Assembly: GCA_052327205.1 (NCBI GenBank)
Contig: CM126214.1
Location: 171,554,001-171,618,000, forward strand
Length of the DNA: 64,000 bases
Direction of reading: 5' to 3'
Source: Somniosus microcephalus
Lineage: Eukaryota
Shown here: piece after piece, positions 63,891-64,000 of the stretch
How positions within the stretch are numbered: the first letter of the stretch is position 1
Layout: every line of letters begins with the position of its first letter
Position numbers and translations under genes: made by a program
The notes under the pieces: generated by a model
The model's database searches: none
Seen by the model: the letters and a program-made list of their open reading frames with translations, nothing else
What the model was told of the DNA's origin: nothing

Positions 63891-64000
63891 GTAAGTAGCC
63901 AACAATGTTAACCGAAATCAAATCAGCTCATTAATAGAAAGCGACGATAGTTTTTAAATTGCTTTTTGATGGTCATTTCAAATATCCCAAAGTAAATAGC

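Overview
Vertebrate genomic DNA, most likely a cartilaginous fish (inferred from the CR1, Penelope, RTE and DeuSINE repeat landscape). The window holds almost all of a + strand lipin (Mg2+-dependent phosphatidate phosphatase) gene, best matching LPIN3. I traced 18 GT-AG coding exons by hand from the ATG at 10507 to 63890. They give 2696 nt in one open frame, with the N-LIP domain, polybasic NLS, DIDGT and LGHIL motifs; the last exon lies beyond the window. The introns are packed with nested mobile elements and there is one 500-N gap. Most notable: (1) a CR1 copy with dense strand-specific A-to-G changes, resembling a genome-fixed ADAR-hyperedited retrocopy; (2) the catalytic exon sits inside two nested pairs of inverted transposon copies; (3) seven copies of a TA-flanked CAGGAAACT MITE family; (4) a LINE with a tRNA-like Pol III head and no ORF1; (5) two RTE LINEs with 5' inversions; (6) Penelope minimal hammerhead motifs. 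Repeat family names and family consensus sequences are from memory and by-eye alignment, not database searches; repeat boundaries are approximate unless TSDs are given.
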